Origin: Setoptus koraiensis
Taxonomy: Eukaryota; Animalia; Arthropoda
Direction: 5' to 3'
NCBI GenBank assembly: GCA_048013815.1
Contig: CM106585.1
Coordinates: 5,394,001-5,458,000, forward strand
DNA: 64,000 bases
In this document: piece after piece, positions 37,701-48,097 of the stretch
How the letters are laid out: the number at the start of each line of letters is the position of its first letter
Position numbering within the stretch: the first letter of the stretch is position 1
Notes under the pieces: model-generated
Told to the model about the DNA's origin: nothing
The model's database searches: none
What the model saw: only the letters and a program-made list of their open reading frames with translations
Made by a program: the position numbers and the translations under genes

Positions 37701-40700
37701 GTGAGAGTGATTGACATTCCTAGGATGATCACCTATGTTAATGCTCTGATTGTGTTTGCCACAAAGAACCTGATTGAACCACTCTGACCGCAGTCTGCCG
37801 CCCACAATTACGTTGCTACTGCGCGTCGGAGAACGCGAGTACGTTCTTGGAGCTGCGCACTGTGTTTGCTCAACATGAGATCCAGCCAGAGAGAGAGAGA
37901 GAGAGAAGGGGGAGAGAGATTGCTGAAACTGGCAAGATCGACGACCTTGTTGACACTAGTTGATTGAACTTGACTAACAAGAGTGTGCGAGCCGCATCCA
38001 GGATGTGAATGAGCCGTGTCGTAAAAGCTGACGAACCTCATTATATTGGTAGACAAGTCAGCCTGAAATCAACTAGCAAACCACTTTTCAGTGGACGCGA
38101 CACATCATGCCAGATAGATCGTTAGGCTAGTATCACCCTTGAAAATTATCACAATTGTGATGTTGCATAAATTATCTTCAAACAACAACTTGTTTACCCC
38201 TCATCTCATCAAGCATGACTGGTGGCTGACTTGATAGCAACTTTCTCAACAACACTTCAATGCCTAATTGGCGCTCCATCGTCCCATCTCGACAACAATT
38301 GTTGCTATTTACATAATTGAATCGCCACTTAAACGTGTCTCACACAGCAAGATGATGCGGACAGAGAGTGGCCCATCAAGAAGATCAACAAGAATTGTGC
38401 ACAAAGACAATGTCATCTTGTTTGTTTGCTTGTAGGGCGTAACAGCAACAACAGGTTACAAGTTGCGACCGGCTTCCGAACAAAATCTTTCGTGGACCTT
38501 GATCAATCCTATCTCTCTCACTTAGCGAATTTTTTGTGCTGTGTCCATTGCTCGAAAGTGTTTTCAATAAGATTATAAATGATAAGAAACAGAAATAATG
38601 CGAGAGAGAAAAAGTTTAAAAACGATCTATAAAAGCCTAAGAGCATGAGACGCGACAGCGACGACAAACCTTGAAGTCTGGCTGGTGTCTCTTTGTCTGA
38701 GCTCAACTTCGCCTTATAAACTAACAACTAATAGAAGGAGAACAAGCACAAATGATTGAATGCGATTATTGCCAAGCTTGACACACACTCACAAACTCAA
38801 AACCGCTCTGGCGTGTATCTGTGCACTGATTCCGTTGTCAGCCTTCATCGAATCTTGCTCAATTAAAGCCGAGTCATTATACGTGTAAAGCGATCTTGCT
38901 AGGTAGTCAGATGGCTGTCCAACAACTAACTGGATAAACGTGTAAAATAAACATAAGTGAGAGAGTGAGCGGAGAGTGAGTCCTAAAAGAATCAGTATAT
39001 ACATATGTGTGTGTGTGCCTGATAACAAAGTTACCAGATAATTGTTATTCTAGCGTATTCACGGCTTCGCCAAAACTGGAGCTGTCTTGAATGAATAGTT
39101 TCATTTGCATACGACTACCATTATGTTGTGCACATTCCCGCACACCCACCCAGTGCAGCAAAGATGGATATTTCTCTGATTGTGTTCGCAACCTTTTGTG
39201 TTGTTATGTAAGATAATTCTACAATTTTCTCTTATGCCGACTGTGCAATAATCACTCTAGAATCACTGCCTTAATTATCATCATTATTACTATTAGTATT
39301 ATCATTATTATTCTGTTCATGTGATTCGACCCAACGATGTTCTTCCACCATCATATGTGGTGCAAAGTGTCTACATTTTTCAACTGAATGTCGCTGATTC
39401 GTTTTCTCTTGTGAGTGAACGGCTTGCGAGAAAAAGAGGGCATAAGTTAAGCATTATATCGTCGACGTCTGGATTGTTAAAGAAAACTATTTGAAGGTCG
39501 CTTCTGCGTCGCTTAACGCTAGTGGTGGCAGTAAATGGTTTCTTGTCTAATTGGCCTTGTGTAGATCAAATACTGATTAATATTGTGGCCCGACAGGCCG
39601 TTGTCCAATGCGCGCGCGTTTCGCTATCTTTAGTTTTTTCTTCTTCCTGATTTCCTGATCACATTTAACCGGCTGGCAACGGTGCCTCCCGATTGGTACG
39701 AACTATTTTATTATTGTTTACAGGCCTGTACAACAAAGATTCACAAGATTCCTGTACAATGAACTGATCTGTTGCACGATAACTCTGATAAGAGGATCAT
39801 AACTCGCGTCGACCTGATTTGTATAATTTAATTCGTGCTCAACCTTTACCTTCCTCTCTACTGACTATGTACACACGTAGTCTTGACTATCTCTACACAA
39901 CAATATTAACCTAAACGTTCTGTCTCTTTTATCTATACTTTTCATCCATTAACATGTCCGTATCATAAAACAAACAAACAAACTTGCACACAACCTATGC
40001 ATCTGCCCATGCAGGAATTCCATAAGGAACGGAATGTGGCCTACCTCTATCAATAACCTCTACTTATGTTGTATAGCTTTTTATTTGTTAATGGTGGTCG
40101 AACCAAGCCCATTGCTGCCATTAACAAAACGATTGTGGGCCATGACAGAACAGGTGCCATTGTTACCGGCAACAACACCTGAGGTATTCCGAGCGGGTAT
40201 GGTATCGATATTGGCGGCATTTGCATTCATATGTGTCATGATGTTTGTCAGACAATTGTTATTGCGTTGCTTGTTGGCATATCGCGGCTGGATGTTTGCC
40301 TCAATGCGCCAGCCACCATTAACTATTATCATATGGGGCGTATTGGTGCGCCTCATTAGTGGCTATCATCCGTCCTTGTATTCGTTTCAGCGTTCACTAC
40401 CGCGTATGAGCGTTCCGCCATTGAGTGAGACTATTAACAAATTGTTAGATTCGGTTAAATGTTATCTAGAGCCCGAGGAATATGAACGAGTGTATAAAGA
40501 GGCCAAACAATTTGAGAAGACATTGGGACCTACATTGCAGAAGTTGCTCATTGTTAAATCGTGGCTGACACAAAATTACGTCACTGATTGGTGGGAGAAA
40601 TATGTTTATTTGAAGGGTCGTTTGCCGTTGGCAAACTATTGCAACTATTACATTATGGACCAATCCTATTGGCGCGCCACGCACAAACCTGTAGCGAGAG

Positions 40701-42363
40701 GGGCCTCGTTAGTGCACAACATACTTAAATTCAAGCAACTGGTTGACCATGAAGAATTGCCACCATTACTATTGAGAGACACCATACCTATTTGTATGGC
40801 ACAATATGAGCGTTTGTTTTCAACAACGCGCATACCCAAGGAGGACATTGATGAATTGGTTCATTATGACAGTAAATTTTCAAAACATATAATAGTGGTA
40901 TCAAAGGGCGTCTATTACAAGCTTAATGTTTACGATAGTGATAACAATCCGTTGACAGCTAAACGATTAGAGGAGCACATACAATTTATTGTAGACGATA
41001 GTGAAAAGCACCATCACAACATTTGCGATGAAGAGAAAACGATAAGCTCGTTAACCACATTAGAGCGCCAAGATTGGGCTAAAATACGAGAGAAACTTTT
41101 ACGGGGTTCAACGCCCAACAAAAGAACAACAAACTCACACGCACTACACCTAATTGAGTCGTCCATCTTTTGTTTGTGGATGTTCACCGACGAGGCACCC
41201 ACCGAGCTTACCGAGCGCGCCAAGCTTGTCTTTCAGGGCACTAAACAGTATCAATTGTGGTTTGATAAATGTTTCAATATTGTTGTGTTTGGCGATGGCC
41301 ATTGCGGTCTCAATTGCGAGCATTCGTTGTGTGATGCGCCCGCTTACGCTCACATGTGGGAATACACACTTTGTAAGGATGTTCTCGAGTGCACATTTGA
41401 TTCGGATGGTAGCTGCTTTCCGCCAATGCAAACATATAAACAAGCTCAATGTAAGCCACCTCAACGTATTCAATGGGACATTACAAACAATGACGAATTA
41501 CTAACGGATATTAGGCACGCTAATGCGTTTGCTGCCAAATCGAATGCCGACGTTGATTTGCGCATCTTCGATCATTCCAAATGGGGCAAAGGCACAATCA
41601 AGAAATGTCGCATCTCACCTGACGCCTTTGTTCAGCTGTCTTTGCAATTGGCCTACTACAAGGAATCGGCAAAGTTTGTGCCCACATACGAAGCCTCCAT
41701 GACGAGGCTATATCTAAATGGGCGCACCGAGACAGTTAGAGCATGTACTCAGGATACGTGCAGATTTGTGAAGGCCATGACTAATGGTCAAGCAAGCAAA
41801 GAGGAACGCATTCATTTGTTACAAGTGGCCGCTGACAAGCACACTAACCTATACAAGGTAAGAGTTGGCTTGTGCAAGATCTGTGCAAGATATGTCTGAT
41901 CTCAATCATCCAATTGCAATCATTACATAATGGCTGATCTCAATGTTCTCATTACTTTTGTATGTTATTACTCTCGTGTTAACAGGACGCCATGAATGGC
42001 AAGGGTATCGACAGACATCTGTTTGCTTTGTTTGTCACTTCACAAGGATTAGGCTACGAATGTGACTTTTTGAAGAATATTCTTTTCACCCCGTGGACTC
42101 TATCCACTAGCCAAACGCCGCACACCCAACAGACCAATGTGCCGGATCCCAATTACGAGAGCTTCAATGATAAGTTATGCTCAGGAGGTGGCTTTATGGC
42201 GGCAGCAGAACACGGTTACGGTGTTTCTTATCTATTTCCAAACGATAATAGAATATTCTTTCATATTACATCACGTCATTCAAGTCCTCACACAGACACT
42301 AGTCGGTTTGGTAAACTATTGTTCGAGAGCATGGAAGAAATTAGATCACTATATGATGAGTGA
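28785..42363 (+). CDS. CPT1: Carnitine O-palmitoyltransferase 1 (CPT1/withered-like), ~802 aa; exons 28785-28972, 40015-41857, 41986-42363
   Basis: The body has two TM segments, LYSFQRSLPRMSVP, NYVTDWWEKYVYL, catalytic GLNCEHSLCDAP, SPDAFVQLSLQLAYYK, TYEASMTRL, GRTETVR, GIDRHLF, LSTSQTP and GGGF. Exon 1 ends AG|GTGAGT and exon 2 begins gcag|G (both phase 2), giving KYHRTR-NSIRNGMWPTS, like the CPT1 N-terminal RNGxxNGvyP motif. Intron 41858-41985 is phase 0. Confidence 0.9.
30261..33296 (-). CDS. SLC2A13: Proton myo-inositol cotransporter (HMIT/GLUT13, MFS sugar porter), ~944 aa; exons 31928-33296, 31689-31826, 30261-31588; nested in CPT1 intron 1
   Basis: GGFLFGYDTGIVSGAM, GRK loop, PMYIAEVAP, PESPRWL, QQLAGINTLMYY, Cys-rich exofacial loop (CxxCxxxxxCGFC), FAPGMAPMPWTINSEIYP and PETRGRSLEEV. 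Two ~100-bp GT-AG phase-1 introns (31827-31927, 31589-31688). Confidence 0.93.
36257..36605 (+). repeat. Dispersed repeat A, copy 1 (second copy ~45557-45913)
   Basis: Shared blocks in the same order: agtgcccacaa, gttgtttccacc, tagccataatcagagcaatcaatggac, gtagataataccag, ctcgctcgca, aacaaattcaaataa, gcagacgccat, aacaattgacgccaagctc. Confidence 0.85.
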
Positions 42364-42420
42364 CGCATATACACTGATGACATAATTGTGACTTCAGCAC
42401 GCATCAGCCACTATTGTATT

Positions 42421-42424
<4 letters not shown>

Positions 42425-42472
<48 letters not shown>
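42425..42472. repeat. (TA)n microsatellite, ~24 units
   Basis: Directly visible; it abuts repeat B copy 1. Confidence 0.97.
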
Positions 42473-42473
<1 letters not shown>

Positions 42474-42478
<5 letters not shown>

Positions 42479-42674
42479 AAAGATATATGACACTATTACA
42501 CTATAGGAATGTTGCACATGATGATTCAATCAGTAATCTAGATCATTGAATGAAATTGTATTGTATAAAAGAACGCGCAACGATTGACACATCACAGTTT
42601 TAACAGTTCTCTTCTCAAGTTTCTTTTGCCTGCATTTACACTTGACTCGAATGCTTTATTTTGTGAACAAGCCC
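42474..42674 (+). repeat. Dispersed repeat B, copy 1 (second copy ~45925-46156)
   Basis: Shared blocks: ctattacact, gttgcac, tgatgattcaatcagtaatc, ttgtataaaagaac, cgattgac, agtttcttttgcctgcatttac, aacaagccc. Confidence 0.85.
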
Positions 42675-42830
42675 ATCGTTTATTTCAGGTTTAATATGCC
42701 ATCGAGGCGATAATACCTGGACGAATATTTAAGTCCGTTTCTAGCTAGCCTATAAGACGATAATTATCCGTTGTGTGCTCAGTGTAAATATTTGTCACAA
42801 TTTGTTTATTGTCGTTGATGATTATCCATT

Positions 42831-42903
42831 ATCCAGAGTATATATTAATCGATGACAAGCGATTATATCCATTATTGATCATCGATTAATGTATACTCTG
42901 GAT
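42831..42903. other. Near-perfect inverted repeat: 25-bp stem with one T:G pair, 23-nt loop (pre-miRNA-like geometry)
   Basis: atccagagtatatattaatcgatga (42831-42855) pairs with tcatcgattaatgtatactctggat (42879-42903). Confidence 0.8.
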
Positions 42904-42958
42904 GTTGGTGTATTGTTGCTGTTTTCGACAACACGTCGTTGTTTTATAATAGTCACGA

Positions 42959-45103
42959 TTAATGCCAAACAATAATGCTCAACATTATGTAAATAAGGAA
43001 ACAAATGATTCCTAATGGGTTTGTCAATGACAGCCACGAGAAGGGATATATCCGCAAGATGGACGATAGTCCGATCAACAGTGAGACGCTTCTCAGCGAA
43101 ACGTCAATCATCCTTACCCTGGAAACAGAATGCAACAAATAGATAGAGTTCAATTAACTCTGATGTTTAGTATTATTGCATCCATGAGTCGAATGAGTTG
43201 ATAGCTATATCGCTCACCTTCGGAGGTTCCGCAGATCGGAGGGCAACTTCTTCATATCTCTCTTGAGCAGATAGCGCCTGAAGGCTAGGGCCGCATCGTA
43301 CCAGGACGTCTGCCAGTGCATGTCTCGCAAATTCATCGAATACAATTGTTTTTTATCTGTGTCACTAAGACAGCTGTACAAATGCTCGATATTGTTTGTT
43401 CTGAAGCGCCACTGATGACAGGTGAAATAGGACAATGCGCCCATTAGTTCGTCAAGTTTTTTATAGGTTTTCATGAACTTGGCCTTGTGGCCCATCAGCG
43501 AATAGATAAGATCCACGATAAAGGCCACTAATGTGTGACAGAAAAAGCGTATTATTTTCACATAATTGGTATACTTAGAAAATCTCAGTCGAGGCGCTCG
43601 AAGCAAGTGGCCAACTTGCAACGAAGCTAAATTCATATCGGCCCCATTAGAGAGCACTTGTGACCACGAAACTCTGTTTTGTTTAATCGAAGTACAATGA
43701 TAAATCTTGTGGCCTACAACATGGTTTCTGTTTGTACCAATATGAGTTTCATCGCGCTGACCAGCTAAATTATTGTCAATAATACTTGTTTGCTCGTTTG
43801 CCTCCTGTTGCTCACCTGTTCGGTTGTCGTGGTGGTGAGACGCGGCCGCATCTTGTTCCACTGTTTCGACATTATCACTCCTATTGTTTATATTGGCCGC
43901 TATGTGATTTGCTTGTTTGATTGGCTGTGGGCCTCTTTTTGTTTGTGTGCATGTGCCCCATTGCCGGTGTTGTGTGGCCTCGTACCAGGCGGCAGCAATA
44001 ATGGTGCTGACACAACTGTCAACAGGTATTAAATCAACAAACTTGTCACGATCCACTTGCGCTATGCGAAGCAAACCCGTTCCGTAGGCCAAAGCCATGC
44101 CGGTTATTCCGTAGAAATTGTCCACCCAGCCGCGACTTGGCTCGCGCCAGGCCGGTGTCACTATGGACGGTCTTATTATCACCACAGGTAAATCGGTGGC
44201 ATCGTTCGCTATGAGCTTCTCTGCCAGCGCTTTAGTGTAAGTATAAGTGTTTGGTTGATGTTTTAAATATTGTGACTCCAGTAGTTTTGCGTCACTATCG
44301 TTGATACACTCAACCAATTTAAGCATCTTTTCGGGATCCTCGTGCACCGGATACACCCGTTCCTCTATTATGTGAAGGGGATCTAATATGTCGGCATTTA
44401 CATAGGCAGTAGACACGTGACACAAGCATTCAAGATTCTTGAGGCTTCTGGCCAATTTGATGACACTCTTGACGCCGCCAACGTTCATTCGAACGGCGTG
44501 TCTCAGTGGCTCGTTGAATTTAACCGTTGCGGCCAAATGAAATATAATTGACAAACTTGTATCTTCAGTTAGCGTTTTCCAATCGGTATCGTTAATGTTC
44601 AAACGCGGCAACGACGCGTCGCCCACAATGCACCTAATTTTGCTCATAAGCAACGTCTCAAGCAGCTGCTGGGCGTCGTCACTATGACAGCCCGCGTCAC
44701 TGGGCTCGCATTCTGCGCCGGCCAACAACAATCTCCCTCTCAACCTGTCGAATATGGGCGACGAAGCTATTTGTTCTTTGAAGCGCTGCTCCACCGATTG
44801 GTCCCTCTTGGATCTCACAAGAATATAAATGTGCTTGATGTCCACATATTGCCACAACAGTTTCTCGAGCAGCGCCTTGCCAAGGAATCCTGTGGCTCCC
44901 GTTATGAAGACGCTCTTGTTTTTAAAGAATTGGCCAACTGGCGAACTTGCGCCGTCCATCTCGCCCACTGAAGCCGGATCTTGCTCATCGCACTTGACTA
45001 GCGTATTCATGGCACTGACATGGCTGCATGTTGTTTTTGTATGCCGATTCTCGATATTTTCACCAGTATCATGCACCTGAGCAGTGACAGTTTTTAGAGT
45101 CAT
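42959..45103 (-). CDS. FAR: Fatty acyl-CoA reductase (male-sterility/FAR family), ~681 aa from ATG 45103; exons 43218-45103, 42959-43118
   Basis: Rossmann TGATGFLGKALLEKLL, IFHLAATVKFNEPL, HVSTAYVN, catalytic PNTYTYTKALAE (YxxxK), IIRPSIV, DLIPVD and the sterile domain (YFTCHQWRF). Phase-2 GT-AG intron 43119-43217 leads to a hydrophobic C-terminal TM exon. The true start may lie further upstream (ORF is open to 45184). Confidence 0.92.
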
Positions 45104-45556
45104 GAGGCTGTTGCGAAATTCACCGCCAGCAACAAGCAGTGAACTACAGTGACGAAAATTTGTTGCGTTCGCAAATACACTCAAATGAGATAAAAGTTAT
45201 ATCCCGTTGAACTATCAATGACGATGGTCGTATCCACTGGCAATCAGAACATACAAAACAGACAGTGTTGCAAAATGCAAAATGTCTACGCATCGGTGCC
45301 AGTTTAAGGCTATAGGCTCGAGCTACAGCAAATTGAGTGAGAAAAAGCTAATATTGTGAGGTGCATCGTTCAAATGTGAGCTTCATTAACTCAATTGCCA
45401 GTTGGCAAGATCCTTTGCACCGAGCAACCATTATGAGTCTATCTTATAGCCATTATCTGTCTAGCCAGACGGGCGGATCTAGATCGGTCTCCATCATCTG
45501 CACTGTAACAAAATACCAATTAACGCACGCAATATGTGAATGTCTGAATCACACAT

Positions 45557-46156
45557 TTGTTGTCGATGCACAGCGAGTGCCCACAACCCTACAAGATATC
45601 ATAATTTTTTTTTATTTATAAGTTGTTTCCACCGTCACAAGTATATTGTAGCCATAATCAGAGCAATCAATGGACGACTTTTTGTGTCGTGCCAGTAGAT
45701 AATACCAGCCAGTGGCAGCAGCCTAAGCAAAGGAACGAAATCAACGTTGCCGGGGCTTGCCATTGGTGTGTCTGGCGTTACTCGCTCGCAGCAACTGTTG
45801 TTGAGAACAAATTCAAATAAATTTAATATTAACCCGTGATACATTATTAGTTGGCAGACGCCATCGCTGAGAACAATTGACGCCAAGCTCTAATGTGGCA
45901 CCCAATTGAGGCACGAGGTTGACATATGCACAAGAGATACATTACGCTATTACACTGTATCGCACGCTACGTTGCACGTGATGATTCAATCAGTAATCCG
46001 GATGATTGAATTGCATTGAAAATTGCATTGTATAAAAGAACCACGCGCCACGATTGACGCACCACAGTTCGCTTTTCGAGTTTCTTTTGCCTGCATTTAC
46101 GTTTGTATGACGTTTGGTTTATGTCTGAATCGCGTGCTTCTTTTCCCAACAAGCCC
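45557..46156 (+). repeat. Composite element: repeat A copy 2 (~45557-45913) joined to repeat B copy 2 (~45925-46156), in the divergent FAR/PSMA5 intergenic region
   Basis: Block-wise identity with 36257-36605 and 42474-42674. Contains TATAAAA at 46031-46037. Confidence 0.82.
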
Positions 46157-46674
46157 CAATGATAGCCGCCGATAGTAGCGCAAACTTTTCTCTAAACTAT
46201 CAGCATCTCTCACCCCTACCCATCGGGATCCGGTCTCGAGGAAGCTCACCAATTCTTCAAGTCTAACAAGTGCGCGTCAGCCAGTTTATTCTTACATTTG
46301 TATTCTTATCTAAGCGGCTGTTTATATCTGCCGGCATGGCCTCCAAAAAACAAATGCAAGTCCAAGAGAACAAGGAAACTTGTTTTGGAATTGGCGACCA
46401 AGTGCGACTTTTCAACTTGAGCGCGTTCAAATTTGGCGCTTTTCAAACGATGCTCATTGGCGAATCAGTGGGATCGAAAAAATCATTTTCACGCTGTCAC
46501 CACAAGACTCATATGCTCAACTATCATCATTATCAGTCCCAGTTATTATATAATATTAAATTTAATTATTATGAATTACAATTATTAGCTTGGATAATAT
46601 ACAACAACAACAACAAGCGACCGTAGCCAGTGGATTGTCAGCAAGTTTGGATTATTATTATTATTGTCACACAA

Positions 46675-47673
46675 ATGTTTCTCACGCGTAGCGAGTACGA
46701 TCGAGGTGTGAACACATTCTCACCAGAAGGTCGCTTATTTCAGGTGGAATATGCCATCGAGGCAATAAAACTTGGCTCAACAGCCATAGGACTACAATGT
46801 AAAGAGGGAATTGTTTTGGCGGTGGAGAAACGCGTTCAATCTCAATTGATGGTACCAACAGCAACGGACAAGATAGTGGAGATAGCCACTCACATTGGCT
46901 GTGCCTCAAGTGGATTAATGGCCGATTCTAGGACAATGGTGGACAGGGCCAGAGTTGCGGCGCTAAATCATTGGTTCTTGTACAATGAGAAAATGTCGGT
47001 GGAGAGTGTCACCCAAGCAGTGAGCAATTTGGCCATTCAATTTGGCGATTCAGACTCCGACGGTCAGGCCATGAGTCGTCCGTTTGGCGTGGCCCTATTG
47101 TTCGCGGGTTACGACGCCAAATTGGGCCCGCAATTATTTCACATGGACCCGTCCGGCACGTATGTGCAGTGCGACGCCAAGGCCATCGGGTCGGGTTGCG
47201 AGGGCGCCCAGCAGTCGCTGGAGGAGGCCTACCATAAGGTGAGTCAGACAAGAAGCTCGCAGCGGCTTGTCATTGGAGGGCTGATTGAAAGGCTCATTTA
47301 TTGGCTCATCGAGAGGCCGATTCATTGGCTCTTCGAGAGGCAGATTCATTGGCTCATCGAGGGGCCGATTCATTGGCTCATTGAGAGGCCAGTTGAAGGG
47401 CCAATCGCGAGAGGCTTATTGAAAGGCGCAAACAGCTGATCGTTAGTAGTAATCTTTATTAAATGTCTCTAAAACTTTCTTATACTTTTATCCTTCTCTC
47501 TTGTTATCCATTCGCAGGCTATCACCCTCCATGAATCGATCAAGGTTTTATTAAACATTCTTAAACAGGTTATGGAAGATAAATTGAATGCCTCAAACAT
47601 AGAAGTGGCCACAGTCACAAAAGATGGGTATCACATGTTCACTAAAGCCGAACTAGAGGCTCTATTGGCGTAA
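46675..47673 (+). CDS. PSMA5: Proteasome 20S subunit alpha type 5, 239 aa; exons 46675-47238, 47518-47673
   Basis: [39 protein letters not shown]...[11 protein letters not shown]...[11 protein letters not shown]...YHK|AITLHESI...[15 protein letters not shown]. Phase-0 GT-AG intron 47239-47517. AATAAA at 47695. Confidence 0.97.
47280..47405. repeat. 24-bp minisatellite (ggctcatcgagaggccgattcatt), ~5 copies, in the PSMA5 intron
   Basis: Directly visible degenerate tandem array. Confidence 0.85.
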
Positions 47674-47921
47674 TACACACACACATTACATTTCAATAAA
47701 CAACTTATTTACATATATGTACATCATTTTCATATATTGTCACTGACATTTTAATCCGGCTCAACGGTTGCTTTAGTCCTCTTTCAGTGCCTGTTGCTTC
47801 ATGCAATCGTGTGTGTTTATTATATAATCGTACAATTGATTGATTTTTCTTGTGTAACGCTCGTCGCTTACTGGGTCATTACTTCGGGTGTCATTGTTAT
47901 TATTGTAACTATAGAATCTCT

Positions 47922-48006
47922 GGTAGTCGTGGTAGTCGTGGTAGTCGTGGTAGTAGTAGTAGTAGTAGTTGTAGTAGTAGTAGTAGTTGTAGTTGTAGTT
48001 GTAGTC
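47922..48006. repeat. (GTA/GTC/GTT)n trinucleotide microsatellite between the convergent PSMA5 and PDE4 3' ends
   Basis: Directly visible. Confidence 0.95.
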
Positions 48007-48097
48007 TTTACATCTCACTGATCACTGTGACAACAACAATAATAATAATAATAATATGTTTTCATTAATTGTATACAGTACAGTATAATCGTGATGA

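Noticed and set aside
40034-40036. ATG 40034 as the CPT1 start codon
   Set aside because: The frame continues upstream to a strong acceptor at 40014, and the missing N-terminal motif is supplied by exon 28785-28972.
46630-47439. 269-aa ORF as the full PSMA5 protein
   Set aside because: The true start is ATG 46675 (MFLTRSEY), and the conserved C-terminus lies in exon 47518-47673.
47773-48068. Poly-Y, poly-V and poly-S ORFs
   Set aside because: Translations of the (GTA)n microsatellite.
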